Source: an archaeon (lineage in GTDB: Archaea; Nanobdellota; Nanobdellia; Pacearchaeales; GW2011-AR1). Taken from it: a DNA stretch of 64,000 nt. Below the pieces are notes generated by a model that saw nothing but the letters and a program-made list of their open reading frames with translations, ran no database searches and was not told the DNA's origin. The first letter of the stretch is position 1. Every line of letters begins with the position of its first letter. Below, piece by piece: positions 28,524 to 37,339 of this stretch. The stretch is from contig JAIORZ010000002.1 in assembly GCA_021107855.1 (NCBI GenBank), forward strand, positions 245,425-309,424, read 5' to 3'. Made by a program: the position numbers and the translations under genes.

Positions 28524-29477
28524 TTACTTCTTACAAATAGCCAACGAATAAGCCCCATTCTCAGAAACCTTCACCGTCGACTCGTCAAAATACAAATTCA
28601 TGAAACTTATAAAATCCGACTTCTTATATTTATAAGAAACAATCACTATCACCTGGTCCCCAGCCTCGAACTTCAAGGACCTCCCCAAAAAAGAAATCTC
28701 CTTCGGATTTTTTATCGTGTAGAAAGACTCTATCCGCGAATTCTTGAACCTCACCCCAAACTCCACATCCTCTTTCTTCAACCCCAACTGAAGCAACGGG
28801 TAAATCGAGAACTTATTAAAATGCTCCGTATTATACGAATTCAAAATCTCCTCAGGCTTCCTATGGTCCAACCCATTCCCAATCAAGAGATAATCTCCTC
28901 CCTTCATAGAACTCCTTATCTCATAAAGAAGCTCATTAATCTCAAAATTCCCAAGCGTATTTCCGAGCAACAGAAAAACATTCTTCTTATATTCCCCCTG
29001 CCTCAGCAAAGTCGAAATATTATTTATATTCTCAAAATCAGAAATGTTCCACTGAAATTCTATAACCTCCACCGTATTCGTCTTACTCACTTTCTCAATA
29101 GCCTTATTAACCATATAACTACTAATATCAATCGGGCAATACCTTATCTTCGTCCCCTTAAGTTTCTCAATCAACATCGACGCCTTCCCCCCATCTCCAC
29201 ATCCAATATCAATTATATTTATCGGCTCGCCCCCAAATTTCTCCAAAATCTCCTTCGCATTATCATCTATCAAATCCAACTCCTGTTGAGTCACCGTTTT
29301 CTTATATTCTTCCTCATCCTCCAAATTCAAATATGCCTGAGCCTGTTCCGGAGTCAAATACCAAAGTTTCGAATCAGCAATATTCCAAATCCGCGTGTTG
29401 CCCTCGAGAGAATAGCCACGTTTAATAAGCTCACGAAAAATTAGGTCGTTGATTTGTTGGCTTTGTTTTTCTGCCAT
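28524..29477 (-). CDS. EgtD-like (Methyltransf_33) SAM-dependent methyltransferase
   Basis: IIDIGCGDGGK, YCPIDIS, FLLLGNTLGNFE, LLIGNGL, EILNSYN. Confidence 0.8.
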   Translation of the reverse strand: MAEKQSQQINDLIFRELIKRGYSLEGNTRIWNIADSKLWYLTPEQAQAYLNLEDEEEYKKTVTQQELDLIDDNAKEILEKFGGEPINIIDIGCGDGGKASMLIEKLKGTKIRYCPIDISSYMVNKAIEKVSKTNTVEVIEFQWNISDFENINNISTLLRQGEYKKNVFLLLGNTLGNFEINELLYEIRSSMKGGDYLLIGNGLDHRKPEEILNSYNTEHFNKFSIYPLLQLGLKKEDVEFGVRFKNSRIESFYTIKNPKEISFLGRSLKFEAGDQVIVIVSYKYKKSDFISFMNLYFDESTVKVSENGAYSLAICKK

Positions 29478-29549
29478 GATTTTACTGGGTTTTATTGGTT
29501 TTTATGTGTTTGTATTAGTTGTTAAAGAAGACAATAATTAAAAATTATT

Positions 29550-29972
29550 TTACACTAGTTCAGATAAAAATTCTTTCAACTTTCTGTGTATAGGAATATT
29601 AAAATAATCCTCAAGTTCATCTACGCTTACCCATTTCAATTCCACAAAATCATCCCCCGGACGCTCCTCTCCCTCAAAAACTTTTGTCAAAAAAGTGATG
29701 GACACTATTCTCGGTTTCTCTTCATAAGTTCTCGAAAAGAAAGTTCCTATATTTTTGACAGAATACCCCGTCTTAAGTTTCATTTTTTTCTTAAGAGCTT
29801 TATCTATATCCTCTCCCGGGCTCAATCTCCCTCCAGGAAAACACCATCCCAACAATCCAGCGTCCTCACCCTTCTTTCTTTTCCCAATTAAAATTTTCTT
29901 TCTAGTAGAATCCAAGATAATCCCCAAAACTATCACCTCAAAGTTCGGAACTTCTTTCTCCGTATTTTCCAT
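29550..29972 (-). CDS. NUDIX hydrolase (degenerate Nudix box)
   Basis: ILIGKR, WCFPGGRLSPGEDIDKALKKKMKLKTG; the catalytic Glu residues of REUXEE are replaced by Lys. Confidence 0.75.
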   Translation of the reverse strand: MENTEKEVPNFEVIVLGIILDSTRKKILIGKRKKGEDAGLLGWCFPGGRLSPGEDIDKALKKKMKLKTGYSVKNIGTFFSRTYEEKPRIVSITFLTKVFEGEERPGDDFVELKWVSVDELEDYFNIPIHRKLKEFLSELV

Positions 29973-30062
29973 AATATCCTAATGCGTTCTTTATTATTAA
30001 GCGTTTGCATTGATTGTCAGGAGGTAACAGGAGTAACTGTTTTGAATGAAAAGATTTCTAAT

Positions 30063-30161
30063 TTAATTTCTAAACAACAAATAAAAAACAACAAATAAAA
30101 GGAATAGCCCTATCCAGAAACCATATTTTTTCATAAATTCGTTTGTCTTGTTCCAATTCAT
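30063..30161 (-). CDS. 32-aa single-TM microprotein (absent from the ORF track)
   Basis: MNWNKTNEFMKKYGFWIGLFLLFVVFYLLFRN; TTTTTAAA 29 bp upstream of the ATG. Confidence 0.5.
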   Translation of the reverse strand: MNWNKTNEFMKKYGFWIGLFLLFVVFYLLFRN

Positions 30162-30195
30162 AGAATAATTAAGTAATTAATATTTAAAAATTTTA

Positions 30196-30268
30196 CGCTC
30201 CCACCGGGATTTGAACCCGGGTCACTGCCGTGAAAGGGCAGCATCCTTGGCCACTAGACTATAGGAGC
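30196..30268 (-). tRNA. tRNA-Glu(TTC), CCA not encoded
   Basis: GCTCCTA/TGGGAGC acceptor, CTGCC-CT-TTC-AC-GGCAG anticodon arm, GTTCAAAT. Confidence 0.97.
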
Positions 30269-30309
30269 ATCTACCTAATGATTGATTTTAATTTTTAAAG
30301 GTTGTTGTT

Positions 30310-30489
30310 GGATTTGAACCCGGGTCACTGCCGACCGTAAGGGCGAACTTTGAGCTGTCTGACTAATATATAGATATACAGATTGGTCGAAGTGAGTAGA
30401 GTAATTTGCTCGAATTTTCCCAACGGAGTGATTAGAAAATTTTAGAGTGAATTGCGAAAAGGTATCCTTGGCCACTAGACTATAAGAGC
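30310..30489 (-). pseudogene. Degenerate duplicate tRNA-Glu split by a ~120-bp insertion at the anticodon arm
   Basis: The 3' part GGATTTGAACCCGGGTCACTGCCG (30310-33) is identical to the intact gene; the 5' part 30464-91 has 1 mismatch in 28 nt; the promoter is duplicated; the 3' acceptor strand is missing. Confidence 0.8.
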
Positions 30490-30581
30490 ATCTCTTTAAT
30501 GGTTAATTTTAATTTTTAAAGGTTATGTTATATATATAGGGTAAGGGAATAATTTTAATAGCCAAAACATCTAACAAAGGA

Positions 30582-31997
30582 ATGGTCAAACTAAAAAAAA
30601 TCTCAGATTACGAATGGGAAATTCCTATCGAAAACGGAATGAACGTGCCAGGAAGAATTTTCGCAAGTGACAAATTAATCGAAAACATCAAAGAAGACAA
30701 AAGTCTCGAACAGGTAAAAAACGTAGCGCGATTGCCAGGGATTCTAGGAGCCAGCCTAGCAATGCCAGACATACACAGAGGATACGGATTCCCAATCGGC
30801 GGAGTCGCAGCTTTCGACTTAGAAAAAGGAATAATCTCCCCAGGAGGAGTAGGCTACGACATCAACTGCTCAGTAAGACTATTAAAAACAAATTTAACCG
30901 AGGAGGATTTGAAGGGGAAAGAAAAAAAATTAGCACATTCGTTGTCTAGGGCGGTTCCTAGTGGAGTTGGTCGCGGAGGAACTTTAAAACTAGACAACAA
31001 AGAACTCGATGAAGTCTTAAAAGGTGGAGCGCAGTGGGCTATTTCAAAAGGATACGGCAGCGAGGAAGATTGGAAGCATATCGAAGATGAAGGCAAACTA
31101 AATTTAGCAAATCCCTCCTTCGTTAGCCAAAAAGCGAAAGGCAGAGGCTCAAAACAACTTGGAACATTAGGCGCCGGAAATCATTTTTTAGATGTATTAA
31201 TTGTAGAAGAGATTTTTGACAATGAAGTTGCTAAAGTGTTCGGGCTAAAAAAAGGACAGGTCGTAATCTTAATCCATTGCGGCTCAAGAGGCCTAGGACA
31301 CCAAGTCGCCAGCGACTACATTAAACTAATGGATGAAAAATACGGGCATCCAGATTTTGACAGAGAACTCGTAAACGCACCAATCAATTCAGAGTTAGGC
31401 AAAAAATATTTCGGAGCAATGTGCGCCGCCGCAAACTTCGCCTTCGCCAACAAACAAATCATCACACATCTCATAAGAGAAAACATGAAACATTATTTCG
31501 CGGATTTCAAAGCAGGCGTCGTCTACGATATCTGCCACAACATCGCAAAAATTGAATCCCATTTCGTCGACGGGAAATCCCAAAACGTCTTAGTTATGAG
31601 GAAAGGTGCGACTCGTGCGTTTGCTCCCGGAAGAAAAGAAATTTATAAAGATTATAGAGAAGTTGGACAACCGGTTTTGTTACCTGGGAGCATGGGAACA
31701 CCGAGTTATGTTTTAGTTGGAACAGAAAAAGCCGAAGAAAAAAGCTGGGGAAGTTGTGCCCATGGGGCGGGTCGAGTTAGAAGCCGAAGTGAAGCACATA
31801 GAAAATTAAGTTTTAAAGAAGCTGTTGAAGATATGGAAAAAAGGGGCGTCTTTGTCGAAGCTGGAAAGAAAAAAGGGATGATTGAGGAATCGCCGTCTTC
31901 GTATAAGGATGTGAAGGAAGTAGTGCGAGTTTGCGATGAAGTTGAGTTAGGTAAAAAGATCATAAAGCTAAAGCCGGTTATAGTTGTAATTGGGTAA
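30582..31997 (+). CDS. rtcB: tRNA-splicing ligase RtcB
   Basis: MPDIHRGYGFPIGGV, GVGYDINC, LGTLGAGNHF, IHCGSRGLGH, HNIA, RKGAT, AHGAGR. Confidence 0.97.
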   Translation: MVKLKKISDYEWEIPIENGMNVPGRIFASDKLIENIKEDKSLEQVKNVARLPGILGASLAMPDIHRGYGFPIGGVAAFDLEKGIISPGGVGYDINCSVRLLKTNLTEEDLKGKEKKLAHSLSRAVPSGVGRGGTLKLDNKELDEVLKGGAQWAISKGYGSEEDWKHIEDEGKLNLANPSFVSQKAKGRGSKQLGTLGAGNHFLDVLIVEEIFDNEVAKVFGLKKGQVVILIHCGSRGLGHQVASDYIKLMDEKYGHPDFDRELVNAPINSELGKKYFGAMCAAANFAFANKQIITHLIRENMKHYFADFKAGVVYDICHNIAKIESHFVDGKSQNVLVMRKGATRAFAPGRKEIYKDYREVGQPVLLPGSMGTPSYVLVGTEKAEEKSWGSCAHGAGRVRSRSEAHRKLSFKEAVEDMEKRGVFVEAGKKKGMIEESPSSYKDVKEVVRVCDEVELGKKIIKLKPVIVVIG

Positions 31998-31999
31998 AG

Positions 32000-32007
32000 T
32001 TTAAATA
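32000..32007 (+). promoter_or_regulatory. TATA box 29 bp upstream of a leaderless start
   Basis: TTTAAATA, ATG at 32029. Confidence 0.7.
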
Positions 32008-32028
32008 GGAGAAGTTTGTTAAGAAAGT

Positions 32029-33369
32029 ATGAAAAAGAGGTTTACATTGGGGATTTTTGTTTTGCTAGTCGGTTTCGGATTTGTTACTGCGGGGACTTGC
32101 GATGATGACCAAACAATTATGAGATTGTACAACCCTTCCAATTCACACGTCTCCGCTTGGGATGTAAACAGCGATAGTTATCTCGAAGAAATTTGTTACG
32201 ACGAAATTTTCGGCTCGACCTATGCTGGAGCAGCCCCACATGATTGCACCGGAGAAAATAGAATTTTAAGTTTAAGTAGTTCTTCCAATGCACACGCTTC
32301 CGAAACGACCGATGCAGTCTACGCCTACGAAGTTTGTTATGGAAATTTGGCTTGCGTTTACGACAACAGCGCCGGGGATGGTTGTAGCAACGACGGAAGA
32401 ATCATAGCCAGAATGTATAGCTCCTCTAATTCCCATGTTTCTTATGCTTCGGATACAAATTATCCCATAAAAGTTTGTTGCCAGGTGGCTGGAGTTTATT
32501 GGGCAGATATGAATATGAATCCGATTACTGAAGCTGATTTCGGCGATTTAGTTTTACTGGTTAAACCTGGAGGAAGTTCGGGGATTTTTAATATAAAAGA
32601 GGAGGATACTTTGCTTGACGACGATATTAGGGATATAACTGGGGTTTCCACTGGAGGTAATCTTATTGGAACTTGGGAGATAGCTACAGAGGATTTAGAT
32701 AGAACTCCTGATGATTATGACGAATTTTATTTTGAAATTGGAGCAGACAGAAGCGAGCATTTAGCTATAGATCCAATAGGAAACGACGACCCCATGGTCA
32801 TTGACATCACATCACCATTTTGTGGGAATAATTATAGTGAGGGGGATAATGTTGATATTATAATTACTGCGTCCGATAGTGATGACGAAATATTTGGAGA
32901 GGTTCGGCTGGACGGAGAACTTATAGGTACTTTTAGCAATAATGGAGTGACTATCAATAGAATTCTTGATGTTCCTGGTAATTTGCAAATAATTGTTAAC
33001 GCAACAAATACCCAAGGGGAAAGGGCAAGAATCGTCTCAAATATTATGATTTTGGAGACGGACGCTGGCGGGAATTATGTTGACAGGGATTATCTTGCAG
33101 CGTGTATACGCGAGCCAAAAAGTTTTACTGATATTCAAGGAAAGTTTGTAAAATTTGATGCCTCTACCACTCGCGGAATAAGAGTTGTTAGTGGGGCAAT
33201 TAATGAACTTCTTCCTGGTAACCACCCGTTTAGTTGGTTTTGGATGTTTATGCCCGAGGGTCGTCCGAGAGTATTTCTAAGCAGTACCGATCCAGAGGCG
33301 TATGAGTTTACTGCATCATTCCCTACTCCTGGCGACAATTCTGCTTCATTAAGAGTTGAAATTGATTAA
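32029..33369 (+). CDS. Secreted Cys-rich surface protein with three SN(S/A)H repeats and Ig-like C-terminal region
   Basis: Signal peptide; RLYNPSNSHVS, SLSSSSNAHAS, RMYSSSNSHVS. Confidence 0.75.
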   Translation: MKKRFTLGIFVLLVGFGFVTAGTCDDDQTIMRLYNPSNSHVSAWDVNSDSYLEEICYDEIFGSTYAGAAPHDCTGENRILSLSSSSNAHASETTDAVYAYEVCYGNLACVYDNSAGDGCSNDGRIIARMYSSSNSHVSYASDTNYPIKVCCQVAGVYWADMNMNPITEADFGDLVLLVKPGGSSGIFNIKEEDTLLDDDIRDITGVSTGGNLIGTWEIATEDLDRTPDDYDEFYFEIGADRSEHLAIDPIGNDDPMVIDITSPFCGNNYSEGDNVDIIITASDSDDEIFGEVRLDGELIGTFSNNGVTINRILDVPGNLQIIVNATNTQGERARIVSNIMILETDAGGNYVDRDYLAACIREPKSFTDIQGKFVKFDASTTRGIRVVSGAINELLPGNHPFSWFWMFMPEGRPRVFLSSTDPEAYEFTASFPTPGDNSASLRVEID

Positions 33370-33410
33370 TTCTTAATAATGTTTATAAAGGTTAAGCTCA
33401 TCTATTACTT

Positions 33411-34346
33411 ATGAAATTAGGTGGTTATTTTATTTTATTTGGAATTTTTCTAATCAGTTTTACATGTGCTGATTCTTCTATCGAAACTAATTTCAGCATC
33501 TGGGGATGTAATTTTGAATTTAATGGAGGAACTGTCGCGGTCGCTGCCGAAGAATGTTCAACCGGAGATGCCGATGGATTTTTTTATTGTGGATTGGATC
33601 TTTATCCATGGATAACTCAAAATGAAGGACTAGGATGTTCAATGGGTTCTTCACCTTACGTCCCCGGAGAGAATTTTTGTTGCCCCGCGGGTATGTTTTG
33701 TAATGAAACATCAACATCTCCCTATCAATATACCTGTAACCGTAGACTTGAGAATTGTGAAGATCAATATAATGAAATAGATTGTTTAGATATTGGATGT
33801 TTATGGATGGATATTGAAGACATATGCACTGACAGTGCCAGAAATTATGATTGCGGTTATTATAATACGAGTGCCTTATGTGCGTTGGATGAATGGAACC
33901 TCGGAAGGACTGGTATTGGCACAGACCTCTGTGGAACGACAATAGAGTGCGGTGGAGAGACTTTTTCCATCCCAGAGGAAGACTGTGAGTGTACTTGGTA
34001 CGAAACCGCTCCTATCGGAGATAAATGTCAACTTAAGATGATGGCGGTACAATATTTCTGGACCGGCGAACCTAACCAATTTGAATGTTCTAATATTTAT
34101 AATCTTGGAGATTGCACTGACGGAGTTCAAAATGTTACTTGGTTTTCAAATCATAGCGTCGTAAACGGAAGTTTCCCTCCTATAGTTCTCGACGAATGCC
34201 TTGAAATTCTAGGATGTAACAGCGGGGAATCTACAAGATTCTGTGGCGAACCTATAATTAAATTGCCAGGATTTAGTTTATTTAGTTTATTTGTTTCCTT
34301 AATAATTATTGGGATATTTTTTTTAGGATTAGGAAAGTTTAAATAG
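33411..34346 (+). CDS. Cys-rich surface protein with a PGF-CTERM-like tail
   Basis: Signal peptide, more than 25 Cys, ends LPGFS + TM + GKFK. Confidence 0.75.
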   Translation: MKLGGYFILFGIFLISFTCADSSIETNFSIWGCNFEFNGGTVAVAAEECSTGDADGFFYCGLDLYPWITQNEGLGCSMGSSPYVPGENFCCPAGMFCNETSTSPYQYTCNRRLENCEDQYNEIDCLDIGCLWMDIEDICTDSARNYDCGYYNTSALCALDEWNLGRTGIGTDLCGTTIECGGETFSIPEEDCECTWYETAPIGDKCQLKMMAVQYFWTGEPNQFECSNIYNLGDCTDGVQNVTWFSNHSVVNGSFPPIVLDECLEILGCNSGESTRFCGEPIIKLPGFSLFSLFVSLIIIGIFFLGLGKFK

Positions 34347-34366
34347 ATAAAGAAAGTTATACATTT

Positions 34367-34642
34367 ATGAAAAGAGTGATTATTGGTAGTTTGTTCGTAT
34401 TCGCGCTGTGCAGTTTTGTTTTTGCTGGTTCCGAAACTGGTATGGATTTTGTGGTCAATTCTCCTCCTAAAGAAGTTGTAGATTATGTTCCTACCGAGAG
34501 TGGTGTTGGTCTTTTCGGATATTCAATTATTATTTTAATTGCCTTAGTTTTTATTTATTTTGTTTTTAAAATAAAAAAAGCAAAAGTAGGGAAAAGGAAA
34601 GTCAAAAGAAAAAAAGTTTCTTCTAAAAAGAAAAAAAAGTAA
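34367..34642 (+). CDS. Small membrane protein
   Basis: Signal peptide, short ectodomain, TM, poly-basic tail. Confidence 0.7.
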   Translation: MKRVIIGSLFVFALCSFVFAGSETGMDFVVNSPPKEVVDYVPTESGVGLFGYSIIILIALVFIYFVFKIKKAKVGKRKVKRKKVSSKKKKK

Positions 34643-34681
34643 TTTGAAATATTTATAAAGTCATGTTGCTAGTTTATTGTT

Positions 34682-37330
34682 ATGAAAAAGTGGTGGTTAG
34701 TTTTACTTTTATGTGGTTTTGTTTCGGCTTCCGTCGATATTCATAATAGTACGGTTGAAGGTGATTATTTTTTGTCGGAGATATTCAAGGGAACTATTAA
34801 TTTAACTATCGAAGATGAGAGGTATGATGAGAGAATTGTTTCTGGAAATCAGATAATTGAACTCGGAGATTTCTTAGAAAAAAATGGCGCGCTGTTCAAT
34901 TGCTCACCCTCTGACTGCTCCATGGGCTACGAAGCTTCTTCAGGTGTTGAAAACGGAAGTTTTACTATCGAATTCCTAGAAGATAAATATGTCGGTTTTT
35001 TTCTGGAGGGAGAAGATATTACTTTGGAAAGTATAAGTTTCAACATCGAAAGTGATTTCGAAAGAGGTGCATTCAAACCATTGATTATAGAATTTTTTGA
35101 AGAAGAAGAATGGAGTTTCAATATTTTTTCCGATGAATTCTTTGCGAAAAATTGGGGATGCTATGACCCCACCAATGGAGAAATAGGTCATATCCTTGGA
35201 CCTTCCCTCTACTGTGAAATGATTAATATCAGAGATAGTGGAACCATAAGAGTTGGGGCCGATGTTTATGGAGACGAATCTATTATGATCGATATGCACG
35301 TTTATCCAGAGAGTGGTTCAGGTGGTTCGTGGAGTTGTGAATTTAATTCTACTGCTGATGATGGCTGTCAAATTGAACTAACCCCCGGAGAAATTTTTGA
35401 TGCCGGGAATTATCAAGTTTGTATAACTGTCGATTTAGTAAGTGATACTAGGATTCATGAAGAAATAGGAGGTGACCATTGTGGATTTGTCCATGGTGCC
35501 AACCCAGAAGATAGCACCATGGATTATGGTATTTTTCTTCAAACTGTGAAATATGCAGATGCAAATGAACTAGAACCTATCAATTTTAATGAACCAATTA
35601 TTATTGCCGCAAATGGAATTATTACAGAAAAACATAACGGAGACTGTTCAGAAGGCTGCATTTTACCCTTAAAAATTTCCGGAGTTTCTCAAAATATGGA
35701 AATTAATAATATTCATTTGTCCTATACAGATGATGGCAACTGGGATACAAGTAATTTAATTTATGAGTTAGCAAGTGTTTCTGCAGAAGTCGATTTCAGC
35801 GGAGTTTTAGATTTCAGTTTTCTTGAGTTTATTGTTTCACAGGCTGGAGTATTTATTATTGAATTAGGGGAAATTATTTTATCAGAAAATATTGTAAAGA
35901 TAATACCTGCCCCCGTTATTTTATCGGTTTCGCCCCTTGACCCACCCGCCGGTGTCCCAATAAAATTCTACACACTAATTAATTATAGCAAAAATGATTC
36001 TCTAAGTTATAAATGGGATTTCGGAGATAACGGAAGCGTTGTCACGAATGTCCCCTATATCACACACACCTATAACGATTTGAAAAACTACACTTTATCC
36101 TTGGAGGTTACCGCAGGAGGAAATTTAAGTTCTAAAAAAACTTTCCAAATTCAAACTATCAGTCCAGAAGAAGCTGTTGCAAAAAATTTAGATTTAAAGA
36201 AAGATACCATTGCAAAAGTTAAAACAATTATTGAAGGATTCCCGAGTTGGTATGGAGCAAGCTTATTGAAAACTTTTGGAATAAATAGTTTTGAAGACGA
36301 TTTAGAGAGACTAGACAAAGAAAGAAATAATTCAGTCGATGCTGAAGATTTTCGAAATATCGCATTAGAACTTTATACCCTAAATATTCCTATCTCTGTT
36401 GGTATTGATAATTTCGAAATTCCGTTTATGATGACGGAACCCAATGACATCAAAGTTGAACCCGTTGTCGTAGTTTCCGGGGCAGGAACCGGGAGCAACG
36501 ACGACTATGTAAGTCCTATTTTAACTTGGCAAAACGAAAACATCGACGTAAGTCTTATTAAAAAAGATATCTCCATTTTACTTGTAAATGGAGAGAATAA
36601 AGATGCCATGACTGTCTATTCCTTCAATATTGCCTCTAAGAGCGACAGGGAGAGCTATTTTGTCATTAACAAGGCATTCAGTGAGCTATATTTTAATCAA
36701 AATGTCGGAGCTCGGAAAGCTGGAGATGCAACGGTAATTATTCTTGGAGCAGGAGAATCGAAAAAAATTGAATTCTATTATGAAGGGATAGAGCACGTGG
36801 GAACTTTCATTTCTCCAAAACTCAGTTCCCTAGTAATTGAAGCGAATATCGATACTGATTGTAATTATAATCTTGTTTGCGAGAAAGAAAAAGGGGAAAA
36901 TGTAGCTAATTGCAGAAGTGATTGTAAACCTACCGGGAAGGCCATAATGTTCCTGATTTTTGGAGTTATGTTTTTACTAGTTGTTTATACAGTATTGCAG
37001 GTTTGGTACAAGAAACATTATGAGGGATATTTGTTTAAAGATAAAGCACAATTATACAATTTATTGATGTATGTGACAAATGCACGAGCTCGTGGCGTGA
37101 AAGATGCGAGGATTGGAGCAGATTTGCGCGCAAAGGGTTGGTCTAGCGAAAGAGTGAATTATATTATCAAGAAATCTAAAGGAAGCCGAATCGGGATTCC
37201 CGAGATTATTCCTATTGAAAAAATTGCGGCTTATTTAAGGAATCGGAAAGCCAGATCAAAACAAACAAAAAAGGCTACTACTGAAATTCAACAAACAAAT
37301 AATGGCAACATTAATAAATCTAGATTTTAA
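34682..37330 (+). CDS. Large surface protein with a PKD domain and C-terminal TM plus cytoplasmic tail
   Basis: YKWDFGDNG...ITHTYNDLKNYTLSLEVT; C-terminal C...CNYNLVCE...GE...NC.SDC; TM; LRAKGWSSERVNY. Confidence 0.8.
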   Translation: MKKWWLVLLLCGFVSASVDIHNSTVEGDYFLSEIFKGTINLTIEDERYDERIVSGNQIIELGDFLEKNGALFNCSPSDCSMGYEASSGVENGSFTIEFLEDKYVGFFLEGEDITLESISFNIESDFERGAFKPLIIEFFEEEEWSFNIFSDEFFAKNWGCYDPTNGEIGHILGPSLYCEMINIRDSGTIRVGADVYGDESIMIDMHVYPESGSGGSWSCEFNSTADDGCQIELTPGEIFDAGNYQVCITVDLVSDTRIHEEIGGDHCGFVHGANPEDSTMDYGIFLQTVKYADANELEPINFNEPIIIAANGIITEKHNGDCSEGCILPLKISGVSQNMEINNIHLSYTDDGNWDTSNLIYELASVSAEVDFSGVLDFSFLEFIVSQAGVFIIELGEIILSENIVKIIPAPVILSVSPLDPPAGVPIKFYTLINYSKNDSLSYKWDFGDNGSVVTNVPYITHTYNDLKNYTLSLEVTAGGNLSSKKTFQIQTISPEEAVAKNLDLKKDTIAKVKTIIEGFPSWYGASLLKTFGINSFEDDLERLDKERNNSVDAEDFRNIALELYTLNIPISVGIDNFEIPFMMTEPNDIKVEPVVVVSGAGTGSNDDYVSPILTWQNENIDVSLIKKDISILLVNGENKDAMTVYSFNIASKSDRESYFVINKAFSELYFNQNVGARKAGDATVIILGAGESKKIEFYYEGIEHVGTFISPKLSSLVIEANIDTDCNYNLVCEKEKGENVANCRSDCKPTGKAIMFLIFGVMFLLVVYTVLQVWYKKHYEGYLFKDKAQLYNLLMYVTNARARGVKDARIGADLRAKGWSSERVNYIIKKSKGSRIGIPEIIPIEKIAAYLRNRKARSKQTKKATTEIQQTNNGNINKSRF

Positions 37331-37339
37331 TTAAAGGGG

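Noticed and set aside
28494-29444. Long + strand ORFs antisense to real genes (also 20653-21435, 27720-28289, 19530-19967, 7830-8288)
   Set aside because: Shadow frames of strongly skewed minus-strand genes; Leu/Arg/Ile/Pro-rich with no motifs or promoters.
30072-30100. AAACAACAAATAAAA tandem repeat
   Set aside because: Explained by the Phe/Leu/Val codons of the minus-strand TM microprotein.
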